Positions 50,922 through 60,611 of a stretch of 64,000 bases of DNA are shown here, piece after piece. This stretch comes from Bryobacterales bacterium (GTDB lineage Bacteria > Acidobacteriota > Terriglobia > Bryobacterales > Bryobacteraceae). The notes beneath the pieces were generated by a model. The model was not told where the DNA came from, ran no database searches, and was given only the letters and a program-made list of their open reading frames with translations. Every line of letters begins with the position of its first letter. Position 1 is the stretch's first letter. The position numbers were made by a program, and so were the translations under genes. Location: the NCBI GenBank assembly GCA_003167255.1, contig PMTR01000077.1, positions 21,546 through 85,545 of the forward strand, in the 5' to 3' direction.

Positions 50922-52388
50922 ATGAGCGTAGAATCGATTCACATTACACGGACGACCATCGCCTTGCGTCCAGATCAATCCCGCGTTCTCTTGCGCCCAT
51001 TTAACCCGGGCGACGCACGGCGAACCGAGAGGATTGTCGCGCGAATTCTTTCGCTACCCGAAAGCCTGGTTCTCACCCTGCTGAAGGAAGTGTTGACTGA
51101 ATTCTCGGCGCGCCATCCGAAGATCGGCGATTTCTTTCTCGAACGATTCGAACAGGTCCGGAAACTGCTGTCCTTAAATGGCAAGCTGTCCGAGCCGAGA
51201 AAGCTGCTGATCGGCTCCTACTTCGCCTCCGAGTTCTCACTCGAATCGGCCGCGCTATTCAATCCGTCGATTGTGCCGCACCCGGACCAGTCAGAAGTTC
51301 CGCTCAACGGGCTGCGGTTTATCCTGAGCCTGCGAGCCACCGGTGAAGGACACGTCTCCTCCGTCACGTTTCGTACGGGGATGATCCACCCCGATGGCCG
51401 GATCGAGGTCCTCGCGGCATGCGGCTTTCTGACCGAGCCGCGCAGGATTCCCAACCCGTTCTACGACAGGGTGCTTTTTGAGCGCAAACTCTCCGAACTC
51501 AAACTGGACAATGAATTCACGCGTCGTACCATTGACAGGCTCGAGCAGTCGTTCAACCTGAAAGAGCTTCAGCGACAGGTGAGCGAGGTATTGAAACAGA
51601 TCTGCGAGCCGGGTAGGGAAAAGGAGTGCCGGCATGCAGCCAAGGCCATGCGGGTACTGGCTGAGTCGAACTACGAAGTCCAGTTCGGGCCCGAACAGGA
51701 ACTCTCCGAGCGCATCATCTTCCCCTCGTCTCCCTCGCAACGAAACGGCATAGAAGACGCCCGGTTCGTCCGCTTTCAAAGCGATGATGGCGCGCCCGTA
51801 TACTATGCCACGTTCACCGCTTATGACGGCAGGGTGGTGATGCCGGGGCTGATGGAAACCTCCGACTTTCTGCGCTTTCGGTTTATCACTCTGAACGGTC
51901 CGGCTGCGCGGAACAAGGGCATGGCCATCTTTCCTCGTAAGATCAACGGCCTATATGCCATGCTCTCCCGGCAGGACAACGAAAACCTATACGTGGTCTT
52001 TTCCGATAATGTGCATTTCTGGTATGAGCCCAAGCTGATTCTGGCGCCGGCTTTCCCGTGGGAGATGGTCCAGATTGGAAACTGCGGCTCTCCCATCGAG
52101 ACGGAAGCCGGCTGGCTGGTCCTCAGCCACGGCGTCGGACCCATGCGACAGTACGCGATCGGCGCGTTTCTCCTCGATAAAGACGATCCTGCCAAAGTGA
52201 TCGGGCGCCTGCGGGAACCACTCATCAGGCCCACTGAGGAGGAGCGGCACGGCTACGTGCCCAACGTCGTGTATACCTGCGGCGCCCTGGTCCATCGCGG
52301 CCAACTGATCATTCCCTATGCCTATGCCGACCATGCCACCAGCTTCGCGACCGTAGCACTAGACGAGGTGCTGGGCGCCATGCGTTAG
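50922..52388 (+). CDS. GH130-family (beta-mannoside phosphorylase-like) protein with a ~290-aa N-terminal extension
   Basis: C-terminal half: GIEDARFVRF..YYATFTAYDG..NKGMAIFPRKINGLYAML..GWLVLSHGVG..VPNVVYTCG, as in GH130/DUF377. Confidence 0.75.
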   Translation: MSVESIHITRTTIALRPDQSRVLLRPFNPGDARRTERIVARILSLPESLVLTLLKEVLTEFSARHPKIGDFFLERFEQVRKLLSLNGKLSEPRKLLIGSYFASEFSLESAALFNPSIVPHPDQSEVPLNGLRFILSLRATGEGHVSSVTFRTGMIHPDGRIEVLAACGFLTEPRRIPNPFYDRVLFERKLSELKLDNEFTRRTIDRLEQSFNLKELQRQVSEVLKQICEPGREKECRHAAKAMRVLAESNYEVQFGPEQELSERIIFPSSPSQRNGIEDARFVRFQSDDGAPVYYATFTAYDGRVVMPGLMETSDFLRFRFITLNGPAARNKGMAIFPRKINGLYAMLSRQDNENLYVVFSDNVHFWYEPKLILAPAFPWEMVQIGNCGSPIETEAGWLVLSHGVGPMRQYAIGAFLLDKDDPAKVIGRLREPLIRPTEEERHGYVPNVVYTCGALVHRGQLIIPYAYADHATSFATVALDEVLGAMR

Positions 52389-52416
52389 CAGGATGCTGGA
52401 AAGACGAAATGAGGAA

Positions 52417-52547
52417 TTCACCGCGGAGACGCGGAGGCGCGGAGAAGAACAGAGCGAGAGAGTAAGAAGCTGATGGTTAGCAACACAGATCAACGCAGAT
52501 CGATTATTCGCTTCAATCTTCGCTTTTCTCCGCGCCACCGCGGTGAA
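52417..52547. repeat. ~130-bp imperfect inverted-repeat (MITE-like) element
   Basis: TTCACCGCGG (52417-26) pairs with CCGCGGTGAA (52538-47). GCGCGGAGAA (52437-46) pairs with TTCTCCGCGC (52526-35). The head is homologous to 22259. Confidence 0.55.
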
Positions 52548-52558
52548 GTTTTCTGACC

Positions 52559-53596
52559 ATGAAGACTGGAAGAAGAGTGGCGATTCTGGCACCGGTGGCA
52601 TGGCGAACGCCTCCGCGGCAATACGGCGCCTGGGAAACGGTAGCCGGCAACATTGCCGAAGGTCTGGTTGCCCGCGGTTGGGACGTGACTCTGTTCGCCA
52701 GCGGCGACTCCATCACCTCCGCCCGCTTGCACGCCGTAGTGGAGCACGGCTATGAAGAGGACCGTTCGATCGATCCGAAGGTGGCTGAGTATCTCCACAT
52801 CCCGGAAGTGTTCGAACACGCCGCGGAGTTCGACCTCATACACAGCCACTACGATTTCATGGCCCTGGCGTACAGCCGGCTGGTAAAGACACCGGTGCTG
52901 ACCACCATTCATGGATTCTCGTCGCCTAAGATCCTGCCGGTGTACCGTAAGTATAGCGACGGCTACTTTGTCTCGATCAGTAACTCAGACCGGATGCCGG
53001 GGCTGAACTACGTTGCGACTGTGTACAACGGAATCGACCTGTCGCTGTATCCCTTTCAGCAGGCAGGCGGTGAGGACCTGGTTTTCCTCGGCCGGATTCA
53101 CCCCGACAAGGGCGTCCACCTGGCCATTGAAGTGGCTCTTCTGAGCGGCCGGCGGCTTATCATTGCGGGCATTATTCAGGATGCGGCCTATTTTGAGGAG
53201 CAGATCAAACCGCATCTCGATGGTGTCAATATCCGGTTCATCGGGCCGGTCGACGTCGCCGGAAAAAACGAGTTGTTCGCCCGTGCGTACGCGCTGCTGC
53301 ATCTGAACACGATCCCGGAGAGGTTCGGACTGGTGCTGGCCGAAGCCAATGCAGCCGGAGTTCCCGTTGTCGCGATGGACCTGGGCTCTTGCCGCGAGGT
53401 GATCCGAGACGGTGTGACCGGCTTTCTGGTTGGCGACGCCCAGGAAGCTTCGCGGTGTCTGGAACGAGCTCCTCAAATCGACCGGGGCGCCTGCCGGCAG
53501 CGAGTGGAGCAGTGCTTTTCAGTGGCTACGATGGTGGAACAATACGAGCGGGTGTACTCGATGGTTCTTGAGAGGGAAGCGGGGAAGATGGCATGA
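52559..53596 (+). CDS. Glycosyltransferase family 4
   Basis: RVAILAPVAWRTPPRQYGAWE.., and FLGRIHPDKG..ERFGLVLAEANAAGVPVVAMDLGSCREV (the E-x7-E region). Confidence 0.85.
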   Translation: MKTGRRVAILAPVAWRTPPRQYGAWETVAGNIAEGLVARGWDVTLFASGDSITSARLHAVVEHGYEEDRSIDPKVAEYLHIPEVFEHAAEFDLIHSHYDFMALAYSRLVKTPVLTTIHGFSSPKILPVYRKYSDGYFVSISNSDRMPGLNYVATVYNGIDLSLYPFQQAGGEDLVFLGRIHPDKGVHLAIEVALLSGRRLIIAGIIQDAAYFEEQIKPHLDGVNIRFIGPVDVAGKNELFARAYALLHLNTIPERFGLVLAEANAAGVPVVAMDLGSCREVIRDGVTGFLVGDAQEASRCLERAPQIDRGACRQRVEQCFSVATMVEQYERVYSMVLEREAGKMA

Positions 53597-54528
53597 AGCG
53601 GGATATTGTCAGACGGTACGCGCACAACCCGATCCTCACCAAGGACCAGATCCCGTATGCGGTGGAGACGGTTCACAATGCGGCCGTGGTGAAGCACGCG
53701 GGCGTTTACATCATGCTTTTCCGGTCGCATCTTCGCACCGGACGGTCGATCATCGGTCTGGCCCGCAGCCACGACGGATTCCGGTTCGAAGCCGACCCGC
53801 TGCCTTTTCTGGTCCCTGAGCGGGAGGGCCCATTCGCGGCATCCGAAGAGTTCGGCGTGGAAGATCCGCGAGTAACTCGTCTGGGAGACGACTACTTTAT
53901 TACTTACAGCGCATACTCGCGGAGCGGCGTGCGGATCGCGCTGGCTAAGACGAGCGACTTCACGCAGGTTGAAAGGGTCTCGCTCATCACACAGGCGGAT
54001 CACCGGAACGTGGTTCTGTTTCCGGAGAAATTCAACGGACTCTATGCGCGCCTCGATCGCCCTCACTCGGAGATCACGCCGTGGTCCATCTGGATTTCCT
54101 ATTCTCCGGATCTATGCTTTTGGGGAAGATCCGAGCTTCTCATCAAGCCGGAACCCTATCACTGGGACGAGATGAAGATCGGTCCCGGTGCGCCGCCCTT
54201 CAAAACGGAACGGGGATGGCTTTCGATTTACCATGGCGTCTTCCGGACCATGGACGGCGCCATTTATCGTCTGGGGGTTGCTCTTCATGACCTGCAGAAT
54301 CCGGCAAGAGTCATCGGGGTGAGCGACTCCTGGATCTTGCAGCCGGAAGACGTTTGGGAGACGACCGGCTATGTCCACAACGTCGTGTTCACGTGCGGCG
54401 CGGTTCCCGAACCGGATGGAACCGTGAAGATCTACTGGGGAGCCGCGGACACGGTGATGTGTGTGGGAGAGGCGAATGTTTCGGACCTGTTGGACTTGTG
54501 CCTGAACCACAGCCGGCCGGCGAAGTAG
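53593..54528 (+). CDS. GH130-family glycoside phosphorylase/hydrolase
   Basis: YAHNPILT..VHNAAVV..GVEDPRVT..YFITYSAY..NVVLFPEKFNGLYARLDRP..GWLSIYHGV..VVFTCG. ATGA overlap with the GT4 gene. Confidence 0.85.
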   Translation: MKRDIVRRYAHNPILTKDQIPYAVETVHNAAVVKHAGVYIMLFRSHLRTGRSIIGLARSHDGFRFEADPLPFLVPEREGPFAASEEFGVEDPRVTRLGDDYFITYSAYSRSGVRIALAKTSDFTQVERVSLITQADHRNVVLFPEKFNGLYARLDRPHSEITPWSIWISYSPDLCFWGRSELLIKPEPYHWDEMKIGPGAPPFKTERGWLSIYHGVFRTMDGAIYRLGVALHDLQNPARVIGVSDSWILQPEDVWETTGYVHNVVFTCGAVPEPDGTVKIYWGAADTVMCVGEANVSDLLDLCLNHSRPAK

Positions 54529-54806
54529 AGCAGGCCCTAGGATGAGGCCGACCCGACGTGACGCGCGACCCAGGCGGCCAGGAGGTGAGGGTCGCCGAGG
54601 TGTTTGTGGAATGCGCTGAAAAGATAGGATTTCCCGGCTTTGGATTTTCCGGCAGGGCAACAACTACGCCTTGCGGGGGCGAAGACGGCTCGCGGAGGAA
54701 AAAATGCAACTCACGGGATCAAAGGATGGCGGCTGGGAGTACTGACAGTGCTGGAGAGTCCAAAATGGAAATCTCGGTTAGTTCCTTCGATGCAACCGGC
54801 GTACTC

Positions 54807-54854
54807 TATAGACTGGAGCCCGGATCCATGAATAATCAGATCCGAAAGTCTATA
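54807..54854 (+). promoter_or_regulatory. Two-tier hairpin in the 5' region of the double-VWA gene
   Basis: TATAGACT/AGTCTATA (54807-14 / 54847-54) encloses CGGATC/GATCCG (54821-26 / 54839-44). It ends 8 nt before the AGGAGG SD. Confidence 0.35.
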
Positions 54855-54871
54855 TCTAGGTAGGAGGTCTC

Positions 54872-57772
54872 ATGCGCAGGGATTTCGCGCTACTGTTGTC
54901 CGTGGCGGTCGCCTCGATAACCCCGGTAAACGCCCAGCAAGCACCGCAGGCGGGCACGCCCCGCTTCCAGACGGGCACGAGGATGGTGCTCATTCCAGTT
55001 GCCGTTCGCGACCGCGAAGGCCACACGGTCGCCGATCTTACCCGCGACAGCTTTCAGCTTTTCGACAAAGGCAAGGAGCAGCCGATCACATCGTTCTCGG
55101 TGGAGCGTAGCGATGCTGCTGGGTCGGCTGGGGCCGCGGCATCGGCAACGCCACCGTCGCAATTCCTGGTCTATTTCTTCGACGATGTTTCCCTGCACGA
55201 TTTCGGCACAGTAATGCCCATCCGGGAAGCGGCGCTCCACGAACTGGCGAATCTCCAGCCGGGCGACCGCGCGGCGGTTTTTTCGAGTTCCTGCAGGCTC
55301 GCTCAGGACTTCACAGACGACCGGACGAAATTACAGGAGGTAATTTCCAAGCTCGAACCCAACCCCATCCGCATCTGCCGCGTGGCCCCGACGCTGCCCC
55401 TGCAAATCACGCTGCTGGAGGCGGTGGTCCAGCGGATGACGCATCTACCGGGCGCGAAGCGAGTGGTCGTCATTTCGGCGGGGTTCGCGGTGAACCGCGA
55501 CGAGCAGACGATGCGCGAGGCGCTGATCGACCAAGCCGCCGCGGCGAAAGTCACCATCGACTCGCTGCACATCGTGGAGAACACCGGCGCACAGTCGGGT
55601 GTGCCGGGTAGTACGAACCGCAGCCCGGGGTTCGGCAACAGCACCACGCCCGCCACCGACAATCGCGAGGTCAACTCGGAGAATCTGAGCATCGTTGCCG
55701 ACGGCACGGGCGGCACGGTGGTCGAGGCGGGCAACAAGCCGGACGCCGGTTTGCGTGCCCTGGCGACGCCGGATTGCGTCTACATGCTCGGGTTTGTGCC
55801 GACAGAGAAGGCCGACGGCACGTATCACAAGCTGAAGGTCACGCTGAAGGACTCACGCAAGTTGAATGTGCGGGCTCGCGCGGGCTATTACGCCACGGAG
55901 ACCGCTGGCGCGCCGGTCACGGCTGCCGCGGCGCCGCCGGAAGAGCCGGAGAAACGGGTCACCGCGGGCGCAGTGAGCCCGCCGAGCAAGCCGGCGCCTG
56001 CCACTCAAACCGCCGTCAATGCGCCGGAGCGCATCGCGTCGGCCGGGCCGGTATCGTTCCGCGCGCGTACGAATCTGGTACAAGTTCCCGTGGTGGTACG
56101 CGATAAGAACGGAAATCCCGTTGGAGACCTTCACAAAGGCGATTTCCAGTTGTCGGACCGCGGCCAAAAGCAGGAGATCGCCAACTTCAGCGAAGAGAAG
56201 CGGGAACGGCCGCCGGCAACAGCGACGGCGAGTCCGCGCGCGGCCGAGCCTGCCGCAAATGCGGCCGCCGCCGAAGCGAAGGCCCCGTCGAACGTGATTC
56301 CCGACCGCTTCACGGCATACATTTTCGACGACGTGCACATGCGCCGAGGCGACCTGTCGCAAGTGCGGGAGGCAGTGTGGCAGAACATGCGGGAATCGGC
56401 GAGCCCATCGGAAAGAATCGCGATCTTCACGACTTCGCGCCGCGTCATCACCGACTTCACCGACGATCTCGACAAGCTGCACACCGCGCTCTACAAGATC
56501 AATTCCACGGCGATGTTTCGCTCGGTTTGCACCGAGTGTGGCGACCTGAGCTTCTATCTGGGTTATCAGGTGGTGAAGGGCAATACCCTCGCCATGCAAT
56601 TCGCCAGCGGACAGGTTCGGACGCCTGCGCAACAGATCGCCGCGGGTTCCGCGCCGACCGGAAGGGGCGGATCGGCAAACAGTGGACTGGCCCAACCCGG
56701 TTCTCCCGCCGGAAATGCGGGCATGGACGCGGAAGTTGCGGCCGTGCATGCCGTGCGGGCGGGCGAACAGGAGACCGAACTTTCGCTCGACGCCCTCCGC
56801 GACGTGGCGCGGAGGATGGTCTCGCTCGCGGGGCGGCGTACCATCGTGATGCTCTCGCAGGGTGTCTTCATCCCCGACGAGCAGCAGGGCGAACTGGAGC
56901 GAACCATCGACTGGGCTCTTCGTTCCGGAGTGGTCATCAATACCCTCAACACCGTTGGACTCGATCCCGGGGCGATCAGTCTACCACCCGGCAGCCCAAC
57001 CCCGACAATCGATTTGAGCGCAACATCGCCAAGCGAAGACGATACCATCGAACCGAGCGGCCTACCGACGCCCTATACCAGCCCGGCACGGCTGGCCGAG
57101 CAGCAAAACCTGGTGTTCATCGCCGAGGCCACCGGCGGCACCGCGATCCTGAACTCGAACGACTACCTGGGCGGCATCCGGCGCATCGCTTCTCCGCCGG
57201 AGTATCGCTATATTCTGGGATTCGCGCCACACGATATTGCGGCCGATGGCAAGTTTCATGCGGTGGCGATCAAGCTTACCAATCCGGCCGACAAGGGCTA
57301 CACCGTCCAGGCACGCCGCGGATATTATGCCCCGAAGGAGGGCGAAGGATTGCCCGAAGCCGCGGCCAAGGAGATCGAGAACGCGGTGTTTTCGCGCGAC
57401 GACATCCGCGATTTGCCGGTGGAGATGCGGACGGAGGTGAAAAAAGCCGAGGGAGACGGCGGCGAACTCACGGTGTCCACGGACATCGACTTAAAGCTCC
57501 TGCACTACCGCAAAGCCGACGGGCGGAATTGCCAGGAATTGACGGCCGTTGCCGCGGTGTTCGACCGCGACGGCAATTTCGTCGTCGGCAAACAGCAGAC
57601 GCTGACCCTGAAACTCCGCGATGAGACGATGGACGGACTCGGGCAAAAGCCGCCGGGGACGCTCCAGAGCTCGTTTGCGCTGAGCCCGGGCACGTACCTG
57701 GTCCGCCTGGTAGTGCGCAGCGCGGAGGACCAGACCATGACCGAAGTGAGCACCCAGGTGGACGTGCGCTAG
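54872..57772 (+). CDS. Large secreted protein with two VWFA-related (acidobacterial-type) modules
   Basis: The module head appears twice: FQTGTRMVLIPVAVRDREGHTVADLTRDSFQLFDKGKEQ and FRARTNLVQVPVVVRDKNGNPVGDLHKGDFQLSDRGQKQ. Confidence 0.8.
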   Translation: MRRDFALLLSVAVASITPVNAQQAPQAGTPRFQTGTRMVLIPVAVRDREGHTVADLTRDSFQLFDKGKEQPITSFSVERSDAAGSAGAAASATPPSQFLVYFFDDVSLHDFGTVMPIREAALHELANLQPGDRAAVFSSSCRLAQDFTDDRTKLQEVISKLEPNPIRICRVAPTLPLQITLLEAVVQRMTHLPGAKRVVVISAGFAVNRDEQTMREALIDQAAAAKVTIDSLHIVENTGAQSGVPGSTNRSPGFGNSTTPATDNREVNSENLSIVADGTGGTVVEAGNKPDAGLRALATPDCVYMLGFVPTEKADGTYHKLKVTLKDSRKLNVRARAGYYATETAGAPVTAAAAPPEEPEKRVTAGAVSPPSKPAPATQTAVNAPERIASAGPVSFRARTNLVQVPVVVRDKNGNPVGDLHKGDFQLSDRGQKQEIANFSEEKRERPPATATASPRAAEPAANAAAAEAKAPSNVIPDRFTAYIFDDVHMRRGDLSQVREAVWQNMRESASPSERIAIFTTSRRVITDFTDDLDKLHTALYKINSTAMFRSVCTECGDLSFYLGYQVVKGNTLAMQFASGQVRTPAQQIAAGSAPTGRGGSANSGLAQPGSPAGNAGMDAEVAAVHAVRAGEQETELSLDALRDVARRMVSLAGRRTIVMLSQGVFIPDEQQGELERTIDWALRSGVVINTLNTVGLDPGAISLPPGSPTPTIDLSATSPSEDDTIEPSGLPTPYTSPARLAEQQNLVFIAEATGGTAILNSNDYLGGIRRIASPPEYRYILGFAPHDIAADGKFHAVAIKLTNPADKGYTVQARRGYYAPKEGEGLPEAAAKEIENAVFSRDDIRDLPVEMRTEVKKAEGDGGELTVSTDIDLKLLHYRKADGRNCQELTAVAAVFDRDGNFVVGKQQTLTLKLRDETMDGLGQKPPGTLQSSFALSPGTYLVRLVVRSAEDQTMTEVSTQVDVR

Positions 57773-57814
57773 ATTGAATACCCATAGAAATACCCCTCAG
57801 CCTCCGGCTGGGTT

Positions 57815-57838
57815 AGCCTACTGGCCGAAGAGTAGGCT
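57815..57838 (+). terminator. Hairpin terminator candidate
   Basis: AGCCTACT-ggccgaag-AGTAGGCT (8-bp perfect stem) followed by a T-rich tract (TATCGTACTTTGCCTTTTCTT). Located 43 nt after the stop. Confidence 0.5.
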
Positions 57839-57961
57839 TATCGTACTTTGCCTTTTCTTGCCGCTCAGAACGGACAATCGCGTTCAGAAGTACGCTCACG
57901 CATTGCCAGACCGATCGCCGAGAACGTGTACGAAGAACGGGCAAGGTAAAGCATGCCCCAC

Positions 57962-59608
57962 CTACGCTTCGGCCCAGTTGCGGCGGCCGATGATGGTGGG
58001 CGGTTCGTGGCGATTGCCGCGGGCCAGGCGCCGGTCTTCCCGAAGGCTGGTCCACCAGAGCACCGGGCCGAGGATGCGGCTGGCGGAAGCGGCGACGAAA
58101 CCGAACTCGTGCTCGATCTCGATGCGCAGGGCCCGGATCTGCGGCACCATCGATGGGTTCGCGTTTTTGAGCCGGTGCTCCATGGCCCAGAGGACCGCGG
58201 TGTAAGCGTGCCGCAGCGTCTTGCTTTCGCGGTGAAAGCGCTCGCGCACGCGGACGTCCGGATGGTCCTTGTACCGCATCCACCCCTGGAACGTCGTACG
58301 GCAAATCCGGAAGAGACTTGGGCCGTTGCGCTCGAAGTCCCAGCGGAAAGCCGAGTCGAGGAACTGCTTGGACTCCTCGCGGGAAATGGCGGCGTGCTGG
58401 AAATTGAAACGGTCCTGCCCGTGGATGTCGGCCAGGTCGACGTCATCGAGCAGCCTGCCCTGGCCGGCCATCTCGTCATAGAGCGGCGTGCCCGGAACCG
58501 GTGTGTAGAGCATGAACTGGTGGAGGTCGGTCTGGTGCTCGACGGCGCGTTCGATCTCTTCGCCGATGTTTTCCGGCGTGTGATGTTCCAGCCCCAGAAT
58601 GGTGGAGCCTAGAAGAACAATGCCGTGCTCCCGCAACTCGCGGGTCAGTTGCAGGGTGTCGGCGCCTTGCAGTTTGGCGTAGCCGGACTGCGCCGATTCC
58701 AGGCCCAGCCAGATGGAGGAAACGCCCAGCTCCACCAGTTCCTCATACTTATATTTGCGGATGGCGTTGGCGGAAGAAAAAATATTGAAAGACCAGCTCT
58801 TGCCGGCGGCCTTCATGAGCGCCAGCAGATCCATGGCGCGCTGGCGCTGGAGCAGGAAGTTCTCGTCCATGATGAAGAACGATTTCACGTTGCGCGAAGC
58901 TTCCGCTTCCTCCATCAGCCGGAACAGTTCCGCGCCGGTGGAGTAGAGATTGAGCATTTTCCCCTTGCCGCCGAAGAAGGACGATGTGGCGCAGAAATTG
59001 CACCCCATCGGGCATCCCATGGAAGCGATGATGGTGGCGGAAGTGTCCGCCTTATCGGGAATCTTCACACCCATGACGCGGAGGTCGAAGCCCGAAGAAA
59101 GGGCAGGATGGCGAATGGGGGCCTCGGGGTCCTGGCCCAGGTAGCGGCGCATCCACTCGATGCCGTCGCCCTTCACGATGTGGTCGGCGTCGAGGATGTG
59201 CTCAATGCCGGGAATCGCGGCGACGTGGCCACCCACCACGATGGTGGAGTGTGGCGAGAGTTCGCGGACGATGCGGCACATCTCGCGCGCTTTCCCTACG
59301 TTGACGATGATCGAAGAGACGCCCACGATGTCGTAATGGTGGGCCGCGAGCTCGCGGGTGAAGGCTTCACGCGTGGGAAAATCCAGGACCGTGCACGGAG
59401 CGGAAATATTCTCCTGAATCATGAGGATGCCCCACGAGCGGTGAAATCGACGCACGGAGAACGATCCCTGTGCGCGGGTTACCTGATTGTGGTAGAGCTC
59501 CATCGGATTGATGGTGCGGCTGCCGAATTCATCGTCCTGCGCGTATGGGCCGAACACGGACGAAAGAAGCACGCGGGCTTGGACACCCTTGGGATGAGTT
59601 GTATCCAT
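57962..59608 (-). CDS. B12-binding-domain radical SAM protein
   Basis: N-terminal cobalamin-binding-like Rossmann region (YDIVGVSSI..VVGGHV) and the radical SAM cluster motif GCPMGCNFC (CxxxCxxC). Confidence 0.85.
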   Translation of the reverse strand: MDTTHPKGVQARVLLSSVFGPYAQDDEFGSRTINPMELYHNQVTRAQGSFSVRRFHRSWGILMIQENISAPCTVLDFPTREAFTRELAAHHYDIVGVSSIIVNVGKAREMCRIVRELSPHSTIVVGGHVAAIPGIEHILDADHIVKGDGIEWMRRYLGQDPEAPIRHPALSSGFDLRVMGVKIPDKADTSATIIASMGCPMGCNFCATSSFFGGKGKMLNLYSTGAELFRLMEEAEASRNVKSFFIMDENFLLQRQRAMDLLALMKAAGKSWSFNIFSSANAIRKYKYEELVELGVSSIWLGLESAQSGYAKLQGADTLQLTRELREHGIVLLGSTILGLEHHTPENIGEEIERAVEHQTDLHQFMLYTPVPGTPLYDEMAGQGRLLDDVDLADIHGQDRFNFQHAAISREESKQFLDSAFRWDFERNGPSLFRICRTTFQGWMRYKDHPDVRVRERFHRESKTLRHAYTAVLWAMEHRLKNANPSMVPQIRALRIEIEHEFGFVAASASRILGPVLWWTSLREDRRLARGNRHEPPTIIGRRNWAEA

Positions 59609-59719
59609 CTGATTGCAGAGGCAGATCGAAGGAGGGTGATGCGATCCGATGAACGGCCACTTCGACTGTAACAGGTTTCAAAAGGCCTGAATTGTAATAA
59701 AAGTGTCAGTTTCCGCGGT

Positions 59720-60586
59720 TTAGCGGACCACGTCGAGATCTTTGCCGTAGATCACGTCTCCGCTGAAATGCTCGCGGATTTCGCGGATCACCTGCTCGGG
59801 CGGTTGGCCCATCGGCAGTTCGTGGTACAGAACCAGCTTCTTCGGTTTTGCCGCCGCCGCCAGTTTGCCCAGGTCGATCGCCGAAGTGTGGTAGGCCGCG
59901 TGATAGCGCTGCCAATCGGGCGTGCGGGCATCCCAGCCTTTCTGCGAGTAGAATTCGTGGACCAGAATGTCGCAGTCCCTGGCCGCTTCCAGCAGGGCGG
60001 TGCTGTAGGTGGTGTCTCCTGAAATGACGATCACTTTGCCACCTGCCTCGAAGCGGTAGCCAAAGGAGTACTTCCATGCGCCGTGAACCACCGGGATGGC
60101 TGAGACGCGGACGGCATCGTCGCGGTAGATGACGCCCGGCCGCACTTCGTGAGCGTGAACCACGTAAGCTTGTTTGACCGCGGGCTCGAGGCCGTCGAGA
60201 CGAATGTGCATATCCTCCTTCCAGGCCTTCAGGATGTGGTTAGTCATGGCGGCAATGCCGGGCGGTCCAAAAACTTCGAAGGGATCTGTCCGGCCCGTGA
60301 CCGCGGGTGTGAAGATGAGGTCGGGCAGGCCGGTGGTGTGGTCGGAGTGCAGGTGGGTGATGAAGACGCGGGTCAGTTGGTCCATACGGATTCCGGCCTG
60401 AGCGGCGCGGCGCACCACTCCGGGACCGCAATCCACCACGTAGACGTTCTGGCCGGTGACGATCGCGACCGCCGGCCCAGAGTGTTCCGGTTCCGGATTG
60501 GGAGTGCCGGTGCCCAGCAGGATCACGCGCGTGTCCTGCGCAAAGGCGGCGGCCACTATCCAGGTGAATGCGAGAAGGAGTTTCAT
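59720..60586 (-). CDS. Secreted MBL-fold metallo-hydrolase (RNase Z/beta-lactamase-like)
   Basis: Signal peptide, VILLGTGTPNP, and the THLHSDH (HxHxDH) motif. Confidence 0.8.
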   Translation of the reverse strand: MKLLLAFTWIVAAAFAQDTRVILLGTGTPNPEPEHSGPAVAIVTGQNVYVVDCGPGVVRRAAQAGIRMDQLTRVFITHLHSDHTTGLPDLIFTPAVTGRTDPFEVFGPPGIAAMTNHILKAWKEDMHIRLDGLEPAVKQAYVVHAHEVRPGVIYRDDAVRVSAIPVVHGAWKYSFGYRFEAGGKVIVISGDTTYSTALLEAARDCDILVHEFYSQKGWDARTPDWQRYHAAYHTSAIDLGKLAAAAKPKKLVLYHELPMGQPPEQVIREIREHFSGDVIYGKDLDVVR

Positions 60587-60611
60587 TCGGTTTTTGCTCC
60601 CGGCGGCTTGC

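Noticed and set aside
57773-57961. Small precursor-peptide gene next to the B12-radical SAM enzyme (RiPP cluster); 59609-59719 was also checked.
   Set aside because: No short ORF with a start codon and RBS lies in either flank. The downstream flank is occupied by the terminator hairpin of the convergent VWA gene.
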